Source: a virus. Taken from it: 40,338 nucleotides of DNA. The DNA lies in IMG/VR virus record IMGVR_UViG_3300030438_000023, positions 1 through 40,338 of that record; one strand, written 5' to 3'. The notes beneath the pieces are model-generated. The model was not told where the DNA came from and searched no databases. It saw nothing but the letters and a program-made list of their open reading frames with translations. Within the stretch, counting starts at the first letter, position 1. Each line of letters begins with the position of its first letter. Shown piece after piece: positions 21,296 to 30,630 of this stretch. The translations under genes were made by a program, and so were the position numbers.

Positions 21296-23051
21296 TTTAT
21301 TTGTCAAAATCAGCGTAGACGATCAAGCAAGTTCCAATTTGGGCGGAATTGCGTCAAAAATTGGAAGCGGGCTGAAAACGGCGGCAAAAATCGGCACGGC
21401 GGCAGTTGCCGCCGCTGCCGGGGCCGTTTCCCTCTTAACAAAACAGTCTTTGGACGGTTACGCGGAATATGAACAGCTTGTCGGCGGTGTGGAAACGCTG
21501 TTTAAGCAGTCCGCCGATCAAGTAATAGAGTACGCAAATCGCGCCTATGAAACCGCCGGATTGTCTGCCAACGAGTACATGGATACCGTTACATCTTTTT
21601 CGGCGTCCTTGCTGCAAGGTCTTGGCGGAGACACGGAAAAGGCGGCAGAGGTCGCCAATCAGGCCGTCATTGACATGGCAGATAATGCCAACAAGATGGG
21701 CACAAGTATGGAAATGATTCAAAATGCCTATCAGGGCTTTGCCAAGCAGAACTATACCATGCTTGATAACCTCAAACTCGGTTATGGCGGGACGGCAACA
21801 GAGATGGCACGCCTCATTAACGATTCCGGCGTTTTGGGAGATACCGTCGAGGTAACAGCCGAAACGGTCAACAGCGTATCGTTTGATAAGATGATTGAGG
21901 CGATCCATGTAATACAGGATCAAATGGGCATCACGGGCACAACCGCGGAAGAGGCGGCCAGCACCATCGAAGGCAGCGTCAACATGATGAAATCCGCTTG
22001 GTCAAACCTTGTGACCGGAATTGCAGACGATAACGCGGACCTTGACAAGTTGATCGAAAACTTTACCTATTCGGTCAGCAAGGCCGCAGAAAACATTATC
22101 CCGCGCATTGAAAAGATTTTCACGGGATTTGGCGATCTTATTGTCAAGCTTGCACCTGTTATTTCGGAACAACTGCCGTCGCTTGTAAGCTCTGTTTTGC
22201 CGTCGCTTGTAGATGCTGCCACAGCATTAGTGCAAGGCGTGGTAGACGCAGCCCCCGGCATCGTTGCGGCGCTTGCTGATATGGCGCCGCAAATTACCGG
22301 AGCGATTCTGTCAATCATACCCCAGCTATTAGACGTAGGCGTCCAAATGCTGATTGCATTGGTGCAAGGAATTGCATCGGCTATGCCGGAAATTGCGCCG
22401 CAGTTAGCAGATTGCGTGGCACAGATTGCGGAAGTGCTGACACAACCAGACACGCTTGTTGCTCTTGTTGAAGCAAGTACGCTGTTTATCGTCGCGCTTG
22501 TTGAGGGGCTTGTTGATAATCTGCCCACCCTTTTGGCGGAAGCACCCAAGATCGTAAAAAATCTTGCGTCTGCATTTATCCAGTCTCTTAGCTATATCGG
22601 AGAAGCGGCAATCGAAATCGGCGTCGCTCTTGTCCAAGGCATTTGGGATGGCATAAAAAGGATGGGCGACTGGCTTAAAAGCATGGTCGAGGGCTTTTTT
22701 GACGGTATTGTAGACGGCGTAAAATCGACGCTCGGCATCCACTCACCGTCTCGCGTATTTGCTGGGATCGGCGAAAACATGGCGCTGGGTCTCGGGGAGG
22801 GTTGGAACAGCGAGTTTGGATCCATTAAGCGCGACATCTCGAAAAACCTTGACTTCGGAACCGCATCTATTGATTTTGGAGCTTCCGGCGCTGCGGCTAT
22901 TGGAAACTCTATCGCGTCCGGGATTGGCTCTATGGCAACAGGGAAAGAAGGCCAAATCATTATCAACCTGACGACCGAACTGGACGGCACCGTGCTGGCT
23001 CGGAAAATGGTGCCTTACAATGAAGCAGAAGCGGTGAGGAGTGGAGCATGA
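21282..23051 (+). CDS. tape measure protein
   Basis: 589 aa. Ala/Gly-rich helical segments and a conserved ..YQGFAKQNYTMLDNLKLGYGGTATEMARLIN.. region. Position matches. Confidence 0.9.
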   Translation: MNLLDLFVKISVDDQASSNLGGIASKIGSGLKTAAKIGTAAVAAAAGAVSLLTKQSLDGYAEYEQLVGGVETLFKQSADQVIEYANRAYETAGLSANEYMDTVTSFSASLLQGLGGDTEKAAEVANQAVIDMADNANKMGTSMEMIQNAYQGFAKQNYTMLDNLKLGYGGTATEMARLINDSGVLGDTVEVTAETVNSVSFDKMIEAIHVIQDQMGITGTTAEEAASTIEGSVNMMKSAWSNLVTGIADDNADLDKLIENFTYSVSKAAENIIPRIEKIFTGFGDLIVKLAPVISEQLPSLVSSVLPSLVDAATALVQGVVDAAPGIVAALADMAPQITGAILSIIPQLLDVGVQMLIALVQGIASAMPEIAPQLADCVAQIAEVLTQPDTLVALVEASTLFIVALVEGLVDNLPTLLAEAPKIVKNLASAFIQSLSYIGEAAIEIGVALVQGIWDGIKRMGDWLKSMVEGFFDGIVDGVKSTLGIHSPSRVFAGIGENMALGLGEGWNSEFGSIKRDISKNLDFGTASIDFGASGAAAIGNSIASGIGSMATGKEGQIIINLTTELDGTVLARKMVPYNEAEAVRSGA

Positions 23052-23419
23052 GAAAAACGATCAAGATCAATAACATTGACTTCACTGCGTACTTTACTCC
23101 TGTTGGCTATAAGGTAACGCACAAAAAGATCAAAGGTCCGAACGAGGGATATATGCTCGATGGGAGTTTCGCCGAAGACATTTTGGCAATTAAAGCAGTC
23201 ATCACCTGTACTTGTATGCCGCTGACCGAAACGCAGCTAAATGCGTTACTCGCCCAGCTTTATAGCGGGACGCTCAACGTCTACTTTTTTGATCCTAAAA
23301 CGGGAGATTATCGCACGGCTGCAATGACTTGCGAGCCGCCCGAAAGCGTAGATCGGGGGCAGGGGTCAAACGCGGCGGAATACTGGACGGGCACGGTGCT
23401 CGTGTTGACGGAGAAGTGA
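23048..23419 (+). CDS. distal tail protein (putative, short)
   Basis: ATGA-coupled to the tape measure gene. 123 aa. Position-based call. Confidence 0.4.
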   Translation: MRKTIKINNIDFTAYFTPVGYKVTHKKIKGPNEGYMLDGSFAEDILAIKAVITCTCMPLTETQLNALLAQLYSGTLNVYFFDPKTGDYRTAAMTCEPPESVDRGQGSNAAEYWTGTVLVLTEK

Positions 23420-23421
23420 GC

Positions 23422-25554
23422 ATGAAGATCACCTATAAAAGCTGGACATTTCTTTTTTCGCAAACCGAAAGCGCCAAGCCGACGCGCGAACAATCGTTAA
23501 GCTGCGAAAGCATTTCGGCGGATACGCTGACTGCGGTTGTCCGATGCAATGATCCGACCATTATGGCTTTTGCCAAGAACGACCCGATCCGCGTTTGGGA
23601 AAATGATTCCGACGCATCCATGCAGACCTATTATCTCCGGTCAATTACACGCACCGGCGCAACCTCGTATCGGCTCGTTGCGTGGTCTGCGGTCGGGCTT
23701 TTGGCGGCAATGGCGCACAAAGGCGGCATCTATACCGGGCAAACTGTGGCAGAGGCCGTTAAAGAAATCTGCGGGAACGTACCTGTTGTTGTAAAAAGCG
23801 TATTTGCCAACACCAAGCTATATGGATGGCTGCCGTATTGCCAGCCAAAAGCAGATAGGCGGGGGAAAAGCGCAAGAGACAACCTTGTGCAGGTGCTGTT
23901 TGCTATCGGCGCGTATTTGACGACCGATTTAAACGGCGTTTTGCACATTGATGCGTTATGGGATGGTGTCTCGTCCACGATTGGCAGCAACCGAATGTAT
24001 GCCAGCGGCGGGAAAGTAAGCTATAGCGACCCCATCTCCGCCGTTACCGTTACGGAGCATCAGTACATCGCGGGAACCGACGAAAAGGAGCTGTTTTCCG
24101 GCACATCTCAGCAGGGCGACATTATTACCTTTTCCGAGCCGATGCACTCACTCACAGCGACAGGTTTTACTATTTTGGAGAGTGGAGCGAACTACGCCAA
24201 AATCTCATCCGGCTCCGGCTCGCTTAAGGGCAAGCCATACATCCACAACACGCGCCTTGTGACGCAAACCGTCACAGAGAACGCGGCGGAAAACGTCAAG
24301 TCCGTCACGGACGCCACGCTCGTCTCCCTTGTCAATTCCTCCGCTGTTGCTAAAAGGCTGGCAGACTATTATAAGTGCCGAGAGACCATCACTAACGGCA
24401 TTGTAAGCGGGCAGGAGAAGCCCGGACATGTGGTCAGCGTCTATCACCCCTACGATAAAAAGATGGTCTCTGCGTGCATCGTAAGCCTTGACACGACCAT
24501 GAGCGGCACACTCAAGAGCGAAATGGCGGCGCTTGTCGGCTTCCTCCCCCCGCAGCCGGAAACCACGGAATACTACGACGAGCGCGTGCTGCTTACCGGC
24601 TCCGGCGAGTGGGAATCAGTAATAGACGGTGAAATTCGTGTTGTGGTTATTGGCGGCGGCGAAACGGGCGCAAGCGGAAGCGCAGGCAGCTCGGCAGGCA
24701 TTTCTTCGCAGTCCAAAAGCGGGTCATCTGGCTCCTATTCCGGTTCGTCCGCCGGTCAAGGCGGCGAAGGCGGCGAGGGTGGCTCCGGCGGAAAAATTTT
24801 AATCGCATCGTTAAATGTAATAACCGGGCAAAAATTCCAATATGCGGCGGCACAGCCTGCCGGAAACAGCACATTTGGGGAATTGTCAAGCGCGTCCGGT
24901 GAAACCTCAGCCGATGGCTATTATGATTTGGTGACGCAAACTTTTTTCGGTCGAAAAGGCGCGAACGGTATAAAGGGCGGAAACGGAGGTTCCCCCGGAA
25001 ATAACGGTCAAGCAGTCGGCGATTATCTCGGAGGCTACGGGATCAACAGCAAAACGGTAAGCCAAACCAAGTACGGGACATCGGGAACTGTAACGGCAAA
25101 CGGATGGGGCGGCGGCGGTGCTGCACAAGGAGCAAACGGCGCGACTTCGGCAGGAGAAGTCTATATCAACCTATACGGCGAGTTCGATTCGAATGATCCC
25201 TCTCAAAGCGTTGTTACGCTTAGCGGCAACTGTTCAGGCGGCGGCAAAGGCGCAAACGGAGCCAACGGAAATGACGGCGAAAACTATGGCGACGGAGGAG
25301 ACGGCGGTCACGGTGGCGGTGGTGCCGGTGCAGTCGGTACGCTCAGCATGTCGTTTTCGCCATCCGGCAAAAATCCGAAAACAGAAACGGGCGGAGCATG
25401 GGCGACCGGCGGCTCTGCAGGCGCAGGCGGCGCAGGCAAGCCCGGCTGCATCATTATCTACTACCGCAAGAAAAAAGAGCTTCAGTCCGGCCCGCTCGTG
25501 ACCAGCAACAACCTTGGCCTGCTCGATTCCCTCGGGCGGAGAATGATCGTTTAA
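23422..25554 (+). CDS. tail tip / tail-associated protein with glycine-rich C-terminal region
   Basis: ATG 23422 (the 31 upstream codons of the track ORF overlap the previous gene). 710 aa. Tal-like position. The last ~270 aa are G/S/N/A-rich. Confidence 0.55.
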   Translation: MKITYKSWTFLFSQTESAKPTREQSLSCESISADTLTAVVRCNDPTIMAFAKNDPIRVWENDSDASMQTYYLRSITRTGATSYRLVAWSAVGLLAAMAHKGGIYTGQTVAEAVKEICGNVPVVVKSVFANTKLYGWLPYCQPKADRRGKSARDNLVQVLFAIGAYLTTDLNGVLHIDALWDGVSSTIGSNRMYASGGKVSYSDPISAVTVTEHQYIAGTDEKELFSGTSQQGDIITFSEPMHSLTATGFTILESGANYAKISSGSGSLKGKPYIHNTRLVTQTVTENAAENVKSVTDATLVSLVNSSAVAKRLADYYKCRETITNGIVSGQEKPGHVVSVYHPYDKKMVSACIVSLDTTMSGTLKSEMAALVGFLPPQPETTEYYDERVLLTGSGEWESVIDGEIRVVVIGGGETGASGSAGSSAGISSQSKSGSSGSYSGSSAGQGGEGGEGGSGGKILIASLNVITGQKFQYAAAQPAGNSTFGELSSASGETSADGYYDLVTQTFFGRKGANGIKGGNGGSPGNNGQAVGDYLGGYGINSKTVSQTKYGTSGTVTANGWGGGGAAQGANGATSAGEVYINLYGEFDSNDPSQSVVTLSGNCSGGGKGANGANGNDGENYGDGGDGGHGGGGAGAVGTLSMSFSPSGKNPKTETGGAWATGGSAGAGGAGKPGCIIIYYRKKKELQSGPLVTSNNLGLLDSLGRRMIV

Positions 25555-25564
25555 GGAGGTTTTT

Positions 25565-25738
25565 ATGCCGAGCGATTATTACACCATGCTCTACACCGGC
25601 GAGAAGACCGACGAGCTATTGCAGCGCGTGGACGAGGGCGAGATCATCATCCCCTCCTCGACGGCGGGCAGCACGAAAAAATTCAAGCTGACGGTGGACG
25701 ACACCGGCGCCGTCAGCGCAACGGAGGTGACGACGTAA
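25565..25738 (+). CDS. small hypothetical tail-module protein (57 aa)
   Basis: ATG follows TAAGGAGG. Its stop overlaps the next start (TAATG). Confidence 0.5.
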   Translation: MPSDYYTMLYTGEKTDELLQRVDEGEIIIPSSTAGSTKKFKLTVDDTGAVSATEVTT

Positions 25739-26034
25739 TGGTACAGGGCGACGCTTACTCCATTGAGGTTGAGATCACCAACGAGGGACAAACGCTCAGC
25801 CCCCCGGCCGTCTCTCTGGTCGAGATCGCGCTGCTGAACCTCGTCAAGACCTATCCGGGCGAGGTCACGTTTTCCGACGGCAAATTTCACTTTCCCCTCA
25901 CGCAGACGGAGACTTTCGGGCTTCCGACCGTCTGCCCCATGCAGGTGCGCGTGAAGTTCCCGAGCGGCGACGTGATCGGCTCGGAAATGCAGCGCCTTGA
26001 CGTCAAGCGTGCGCTGAGTAGGAAGGTGATCTGA
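25738..26034 (+). CDS. hypothetical tail-module protein (98 aa)
   Basis: Coupled starts and stops on both sides. No family recognised. Confidence 0.55.
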   Translation: MVQGDAYSIEVEITNEGQTLSPPAVSLVEIALLNLVKTYPGEVTFSDGKFHFPLTQTETFGLPTVCPMQVRVKFPSGDVIGSEMQRLDVKRALSRKVI

Positions 26035-26282
26035 TGGTCACGTTCGAGTTGACGCAGAAAACGGCGCTTTCGGTAGCGTTTGACGTCACCATCCACGGGG
26101 GCGGCGGAGGCGAGCCGTATGACGGCCCATATACCGTGACGCCCGACTTTGAGACGCAGGAGCTTGCCACAAAGGATAGGCTTTTAAAAGACAATGTGAC
26201 CGTTGATCCCATTGCGGTCGCCCGTGTGGAAAACCCCTCGGGCGGAAAAACAATTTTTATCGGAGGTATTTTCAATGGCTGA
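26034..26282 (+). CDS. hypothetical tail-module protein (82 aa)
   Basis: Coupled start. YDGPYTVTPDFETQELATKDRLLKDNVTVDPI is a pattern I recall from gut Clostridia phage fibre modules. Confidence 0.55.
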   Translation: MVTFELTQKTALSVAFDVTIHGGGGGEPYDGPYTVTPDFETQELATKDRLLKDNVTVDPIAVARVENPSGGKTIFIGGIFNG

Positions 26283-26865
26283 AAATCAGTACAACAGCAA
26301 AATCGTACTCTCGAGCGGCGAAGTCCTCATGGACCTCACCCAAGACACCGTGGTCGCGGACAAGCTCCTCAAGGGCTTTACCGCGCACGGCAAGGACGGC
26401 GCGCCCATCACCGGCTCCTGCGAATTTGACGCGGACACCGGCGACGCCACCGCGGGCGCGGCGGAAATTCTGTCCGGCAAGACGGCCTATGTCACCGGCA
26501 GCAAGGTCACCGGCACCATGCCGAACAACGGGGCCAAGACGCTCAGCATCACGGAAAAGGGTAAGCCGGTCACCATCCCCCAGGGCTACCACGACGGCAG
26601 CGGCAAGGCGCAGATCGACGCAGCCGAAGAGGCAAAGCTGATCCCCACCAACATCCGTGAGGGCATCACCGTCCTCGGCGTGCTCGGCACGATGTCCGGC
26701 AGCGAGGGCATGAAGCCGCAGGCCAAGAGCGTCACACCCACGTTTGCCTCGCAGGAGGTTCTGCCCGACGAGGGGTACAACTGCCTCAGCTCCGTCACGG
26801 TGGCGGCGATCCCCATTGCCTACACCGACAACGCGCAGGGAGGCAAGACGGTCACCATCGGCTGA
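26275..26865 (+). CDS. tail fibre / receptor-binding candidate 1
   Basis: 196 aa. The N-terminal ~40 aa (KIVLSSGEVLMDLTQDTVVADKLLKGFTAHGKDGAPITG) are paralogous to the N-terminus of 26877..27293. Confidence 0.5.
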   Translation: MAENQYNSKIVLSSGEVLMDLTQDTVVADKLLKGFTAHGKDGAPITGSCEFDADTGDATAGAAEILSGKTAYVTGSKVTGTMPNNGAKTLSITEKGKPVTIPQGYHDGSGKAQIDAAEEAKLIPTNIREGITVLGVLGTMSGSEGMKPQAKSVTPTFASQEVLPDEGYNCLSSVTVAAIPIAYTDNAQGGKTVTIG

Positions 26866-26876
26866 GGAGGTGCGGC

Positions 26877-27293
26877 ATGGCCAACAACAAAGTCCAGCTC
26901 AGCGACGGAACGGTTCTGCTTGATCTGACCGGGGACACCGTAACGCCGGAGAATCTGCTCTCCGTGGCCACCGCCCACAATGCCGCGGGGGAGAAGATCA
27001 CAGGCGTTATCAAAGCCGAGCTGCCCAAGTCCTGCCTCGTCACTCTCTCCGCCTCCGGCTGGGACGCATCCAACCAGCAGACCGTCACCGTAAACGGCAT
27101 CATTGCAGACGAGGCGACGCAGCGCGTGCTCCCTGCGCCCGCACCGTCCAGCGTCCTCGCGTATCGCGACGCCAACGTGTGGTGCATTGCACAGGCGGCG
27201 AATGCCGTGACCTTTGTCTGCGACACCGTGCCGAGTGCGGATCTCAAGGTGTATGTGACGTGGGAAACGGTGGAGGATGTAACATTGTCGTAG
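26877..27293 (+). CDS. tail fibre / receptor-binding candidate 2
   Basis: 138 aa. It shares the N-terminal module (KVQLSDGTVLLDLTGDTVTPENLLSVATAHNAAGEKITG) and has a different C-terminal domain. Confidence 0.5.
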   Translation: MANNKVQLSDGTVLLDLTGDTVTPENLLSVATAHNAAGEKITGVIKAELPKSCLVTLSASGWDASNQQTVTVNGIIADEATQRVLPAPAPSSVLAYRDANVWCIAQAANAVTFVCDTVPSADLKVYVTWETVEDVTLS

Positions 27294-27303
27294 GAGGTTC
27301 GTC

Positions 27304-27603
27304 GTGATCTACAATCTGCCGAGAAAGAAAGCGAAGTTTGAGGAAACGTGGGTTATCAAACAATACCCAGATCTTAATTTAGGCTCAATAACAATGGAGA
27401 TTCCTTTCGAATCTAATTCTACGAATTTTCAAAAAATTGAAGTGCGTGGAACCTTTTTTCCTGGTTCCGGTATATATTATGACGCAATTAATGCTTGGGA
27501 CACCGACAGTTGGGTTAACGAGGCATATCGCACCATCACATTTTTTGAGCCGCCGACCGGTGACCTACTCACATGGTTACAGGCAAACGCTGTGAAACAG
27601 TAA
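27304..27603 (+). CDS. hypothetical protein (99 aa), low-GC insert at the end of the tail module
   Basis: GTG 27304 lies 6 nt after AGGAGG. Clearly more AT-rich than its neighbours. Confidence 0.55.
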   Translation: MIYNLPRKKAKFEETWVIKQYPDLNLGSITMEIPFESNSTNFQKIEVRGTFFPGSGIYYDAINAWDTDSWVNEAYRTITFFEPPTGDLLTWLQANAVKQ

Positions 27604-27960
27604 GGAGTGCAATATGTACAACTTTAGCATGCTAAAATCCGGGGGGCAGCTCCTAACGTTGCTTCGTCGCATTTCACAAAAGGCGGTGCGGCATAATCTT
27701 CAATCCAAATGTCATGCCCTCTGCGGGCGCAGCTCGAGGACGCAGAACACGCCGCGAAAATTCTTTTGATGGAGGAGAAGTGACATGAAGAAAACCTACG
27801 CCGAACGCGCACGCGAACATGTGGCGGAGACGCGGAACGCGCTGCAAACCTTTTTGACGAGCTGAATCAGGGTCAGCAGAAGAAAATCCTGCACAAGGAG
27901 ATCACTGGCGAGAAATACGCCGATGACAAAAATTTGAACAAAGAAAAGGAGAACAAAACT

Positions 27961-28221
27961 ATGGCTACTTACAAGAGAATCGCATCCGACGGCAAGCCCA
28001 TCAAGGTCACGGACATCCCCGCGGGCCTGAGCGAAAACTCGGGTGTCAAGAACAGCATCGTGCAGCCCGTCATGGCGCGCGACCTTTCCCGCGCCGGCAC
28101 GGAGATCTATGTCGCCCCCTGCTACAAGCTCACCTACGACGAGGACGGCTACTGCGTCAAGATGACGACCGGCTCCATCCCCGAGGACATCGCAGAGAAG
28201 CTCGCGGAGCTGAACAAGTAA
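27961..28221 (+). CDS. hypothetical protein (86 aa)
   Basis: ATG 27961 follows AAGGAG. The track's TTG 27934 start is less likely. Followed by a GC hairpin at 28224-28247. Confidence 0.55.
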   Translation: MATYKRIASDGKPIKVTDIPAGLSENSGVKNSIVQPVMARDLSRAGTEIYVAPCYKLTYDEDGYCVKMTTGSIPEDIAEKLAELNK

Positions 28222-28273
28222 ACAGAGCGGGGGATAGCCCCCGCTCTATCCTAAGGAAAGAGAGACAACGCCT

Positions 28274-28564
28274 ATGGAAGATTTGGCTGTGAAGCTGCAG
28301 GAGGTCAAGGACCGCTCGCTCCGAAACGAGGGGCGCATCAAGCAGTTAGAGGTAGATCAGCGGGCGCTGAATGAATTGGCGCTGTCGGTCAAAGAGCTGG
28401 CGACCGACCAGACGAACATGAAGGAGGACATCGGCGAGATCAAGGCCAATGTGCGGAGCCTGACTGCCGTGCCGTCCAAACGCTGGGAGAAGGTCGTGGA
28501 GCTGATGATCGCGACCGTCGTGGGCGCGTTTATGGCGTGGCTTTTGACGGGGGGCACGGTATGA
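28274..28564 (+). CDS. XhlA-like protein (coiled coil + C-terminal TM)
   Basis: N-terminal coiled coil and a single C-terminal TM (VVELMIATVVGAFMAWLL). First gene of the lysis cassette. Confidence 0.6.
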   Translation: MEDLAVKLQEVKDRSLRNEGRIKQLEVDQRALNELALSVKELATDQTNMKEDIGEIKANVRSLTAVPSKRWEKVVELMIATVVGAFMAWLLTGGTV

Positions 28565-29268
28565 GGGACATCAAGGGCTCCACCTCGGAGGAAATCCGCA
28601 TGATTCGCGCCATCCAGCGCGCCGTTGGGGCGCTTGACAACGGCTGGATCGGCAACCAAACCTTGAGCGACATCGCCGCCAAGCTCGGCGCGGACTGCTG
28701 GCCCCTCAACGTCGAGCTGTACGGTCAGCCCTGCATCATCGCGCGGGACATCGAGCCTGTCAACATGAGCGGGCCGCTGCCGACGAATGCGATCTCGGGG
28801 AGCTTTAGCTGGCAGGGTCAGCCCTGCTCCATCCTCGTGCGCGACGGCAAGGTCGTGCGCGGCATGAGCTGTCACTATCCCCGCCCCGAGAGCGTGCTCT
28901 ATAAGACCACGGACGGCGCGGTGCGCATTGCCCGCGTGTCCTCGGCGGCGGCGCTGGGTGACGTCGTGTGGGCGGTCGGGGGCATGGGCCTGCTCGGCGG
29001 CTACGATCCGGAGCTGGACGGCTTTACCGGCGTCTACTCCGATGTGCTGCGCAAGACCAACCACACCGTCCTTGGCTGCAAGGGCGGGATGCTCTACGGC
29101 GTCTACTGCCGCAGCATGACCGCGCAGCAGGTCAACGCGCTGTGCCGGGACAAGCTCAAGCTGGAATACGCCGTCATGTTAGACGGCGGGCACGTCGCCG
29201 CCATCAACGGCGCGTGTAACAAGATCAACAAACAAACACGGCAGTTCTATGCCGTGCGGTTTTTGTAA
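28561..29268 (+). CDS. phosphodiester glycosidase (DUF2233/NAGPA)-like protein, putative cell-wall enzyme
   Basis: ATGA-coupled start. The C-terminal ..AVGGMGLL..G....R...HTVLG...G.L..V......AVMLDGGHVAA resembles the LDGGGS end of DUF2233 proteins. Confidence 0.4.
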   Translation: MRDIKGSTSEEIRMIRAIQRAVGALDNGWIGNQTLSDIAAKLGADCWPLNVELYGQPCIIARDIEPVNMSGPLPTNAISGSFSWQGQPCSILVRDGKVVRGMSCHYPRPESVLYKTTDGAVRIARVSSAAALGDVVWAVGGMGLLGGYDPELDGFTGVYSDVLRKTNHTVLGCKGGMLYGVYCRSMTAQQVNALCRDKLKLEYAVMLDGGHVAAINGACNKINKQTRQFYAVRFL

Positions 29269-29279
29269 AGGAGGCAAAA

Positions 29280-29468
29280 ATGCAAAATCGACTTGCCAAT
29301 CTGCTCACGGTCAAGAGCATCGTGACCATCGTGCTCACGGCGGTTTTCTCGGTGCTTGCCCTGCGCGGCAGCATCAGCGGGACGGAGTTTCTGACGATCT
29401 TCACGACCATCATCGCCTTCTACTTCGGCACGCAGGCCGAAAAGAAGAAAAATGAAGAGGTTTCTTGA
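29280..29468 (+). CDS. holin (two TM segments)
   Basis: 62 aa. Two hydrophobic segments (IVTIVLTAVFSVLAL, FLTIFTTIIAFYF) and a charged C-terminus KKKNEE. Confidence 0.65.
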   Translation: MQNRLANLLTVKSIVTIVLTAVFSVLALRGSISGTEFLTIFTTIIAFYFGTQAEKKKNEEVS

Positions 29469-30114
29469 CACGCTGGCCGCGTGGGAGGGCGCGGTGCGCG
29501 GTGACGCGGTGCATAAGCGCATCGTGGACGCCTACAACAGCTACCTCCCGCACCCGCGCGGCTACAGGCTCACCTATTCGGACGACTACTGCGCGGCGAT
29601 GGTGTCCGCGGCGGCGATCCTCTGCGGCCTGACGGATGTGCTCCCCATCGAGTGCAGCTGCGGCGAGCAGATGCGCTGGTATCAAGCGCGCGGCCAATGG
29701 ATCGAGGACGACGCGCACGTCCCCACGGTCGGCGAACAGGTTTTCTACTGCTGGAACGACCGCAAGGACTACGCCCTCACGGACTGCACCGGCGCGCCCA
29801 ACCACACGGGCATTGTGACCGCCTGCGACGGGCAGAGCTTTACGGTGTTCGAGGGGAACAAGGGCAAAACCCACGAGTGCGCGTACCGCGTTATCCCCAT
29901 CAACGGGCGCTATATCCGCGGCTTCGGTGTGCCGAAATACCCCGCGGACAAGACCGTGCTTGTGCGCGGCGACAAGGGCGCGGCGGTCGGTAGGCTGCAA
30001 AAGTTTCTCAACGCTTGCGGCTACGCGCTGGATGTGGACAACTCGTTCGGACCCGCGACGCAGAAGGCGTGGGTGGAATATGTTTACGCATACCTCGAAA
30101 AAAATCTAAAATAA
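29452..30114 (+). CDS. endolysin: CHAP-like amidase/peptidase + peptidoglycan-binding domain
   Basis: Motifs YSDDYCAAMVSAAA (catalytic Cys) and PNHTGIV (His). The C-terminal GDKGAAVGRLQKFLNACGY.LDVDNSFGPATQKAW is PG_binding_1-like. Confidence 0.8.
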   Translation: MKRFLDTLAAWEGAVRGDAVHKRIVDAYNSYLPHPRGYRLTYSDDYCAAMVSAAAILCGLTDVLPIECSCGEQMRWYQARGQWIEDDAHVPTVGEQVFYCWNDRKDYALTDCTGAPNHTGIVTACDGQSFTVFEGNKGKTHECAYRVIPINGRYIRGFGVPKYPADKTVLVRGDKGAAVGRLQKFLNACGYALDVDNSFGPATQKAWVEYVYAYLEKNLK

Positions 30115-30151
30115 CGAAAGGAAAACGGGCGGGAGGCATGCCTCCCCTCGC

Positions 30152-30418
30152 GTGAGCGCTCTGCAAGCCCCGGCGCACAGCATGGACAAGCAGCACCGAG
30201 CGATCCGCGCACAGTTATCCTCTATGGCCCCGCGGCGGGCCGTGGCATACATTCGGTCCTTTGAGCTTCCGCCCGACGAAATGGCGTGCCTCGTCGAGTG
30301 CGACGTGCGGGGCCGCTCCTGCGTACAGGTGGCATTTGAAATGAATCTGTCGCCGGATACGGTCAAAAAGTATCGCCGAAAGGCGTACCGCAAAATCGCA
30401 TCGGAAGTCTTTGAATAG
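30152..30418 (+). CDS. sigma-70 region-4 / DUF1492-like small transcription regulator
   Basis: Motif ..DEMACLVECDVRGRSCVQVAFEMNLSPDTVKKYRRKAYRKIA (HTH of region 4.2 type). The start is uncertain (GTG 30152, ATG 30182 or ATG 30224), and none has a good SD. Confidence 0.5.
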   Translation: MSALQAPAHSMDKQHRAIRAQLSSMAPRRAVAYIRSFELPPDEMACLVECDVRGRSCVQVAFEMNLSPDTVKKYRRKAYRKIASEVFE

Positions 30419-30419
30419 G

Positions 30420-30458
30420 AAAAGAGCTTCACCAAACGGTGAGGCTCTTTTCCTTTAT
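30420..30458 (+). terminator. rho-independent terminator
   Basis: 14-bp stem AAAAGAGCTTCACC/GGTGAGGCTCTTTT (one G.U pair), AAAC loop, T-rich tail. Confidence 0.75.
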
Positions 30459-30630
30459 GGGAAGGGTATGAATGACGCATGGAGCACGTCGTGACAAAAA
30501 TAGCATATCCCGTCAGAATTTGCAAGCGCAATCGTTCGACGAATTTCGCCGTACACTTTTCATCCTCTTTCCCGGCACTTTGGGAAAGGGATTTTCTTGT
30601 ACCATAGAGGCAGAAAAGGAGGTGCGCTGC

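Noticed and set aside
28357-30000. Minus-strand ORFs 28357..29064 (235 aa) and 29410..30000 (196 aa) opposite the lysis genes
   Set aside because: They are antisense to genes with clear lysis-module motifs (DUF2233-like, CHAP). The products are Arg/Ala/His-rich low-complexity sequences with no SD.
30131-30146. 16-nt perfect palindrome GGGAGGCATGCCTCCC after the endolysin gene, considered as a terminator or as an SD-ATG start
   Set aside because: It is only a 6-bp stem with no U-tract, so it is weak as a terminator. The ATG lies 1 nt after GGGAGG and opens a 6-codon ORF, so it is not a gene start. It is noted only as a possible minor structure.
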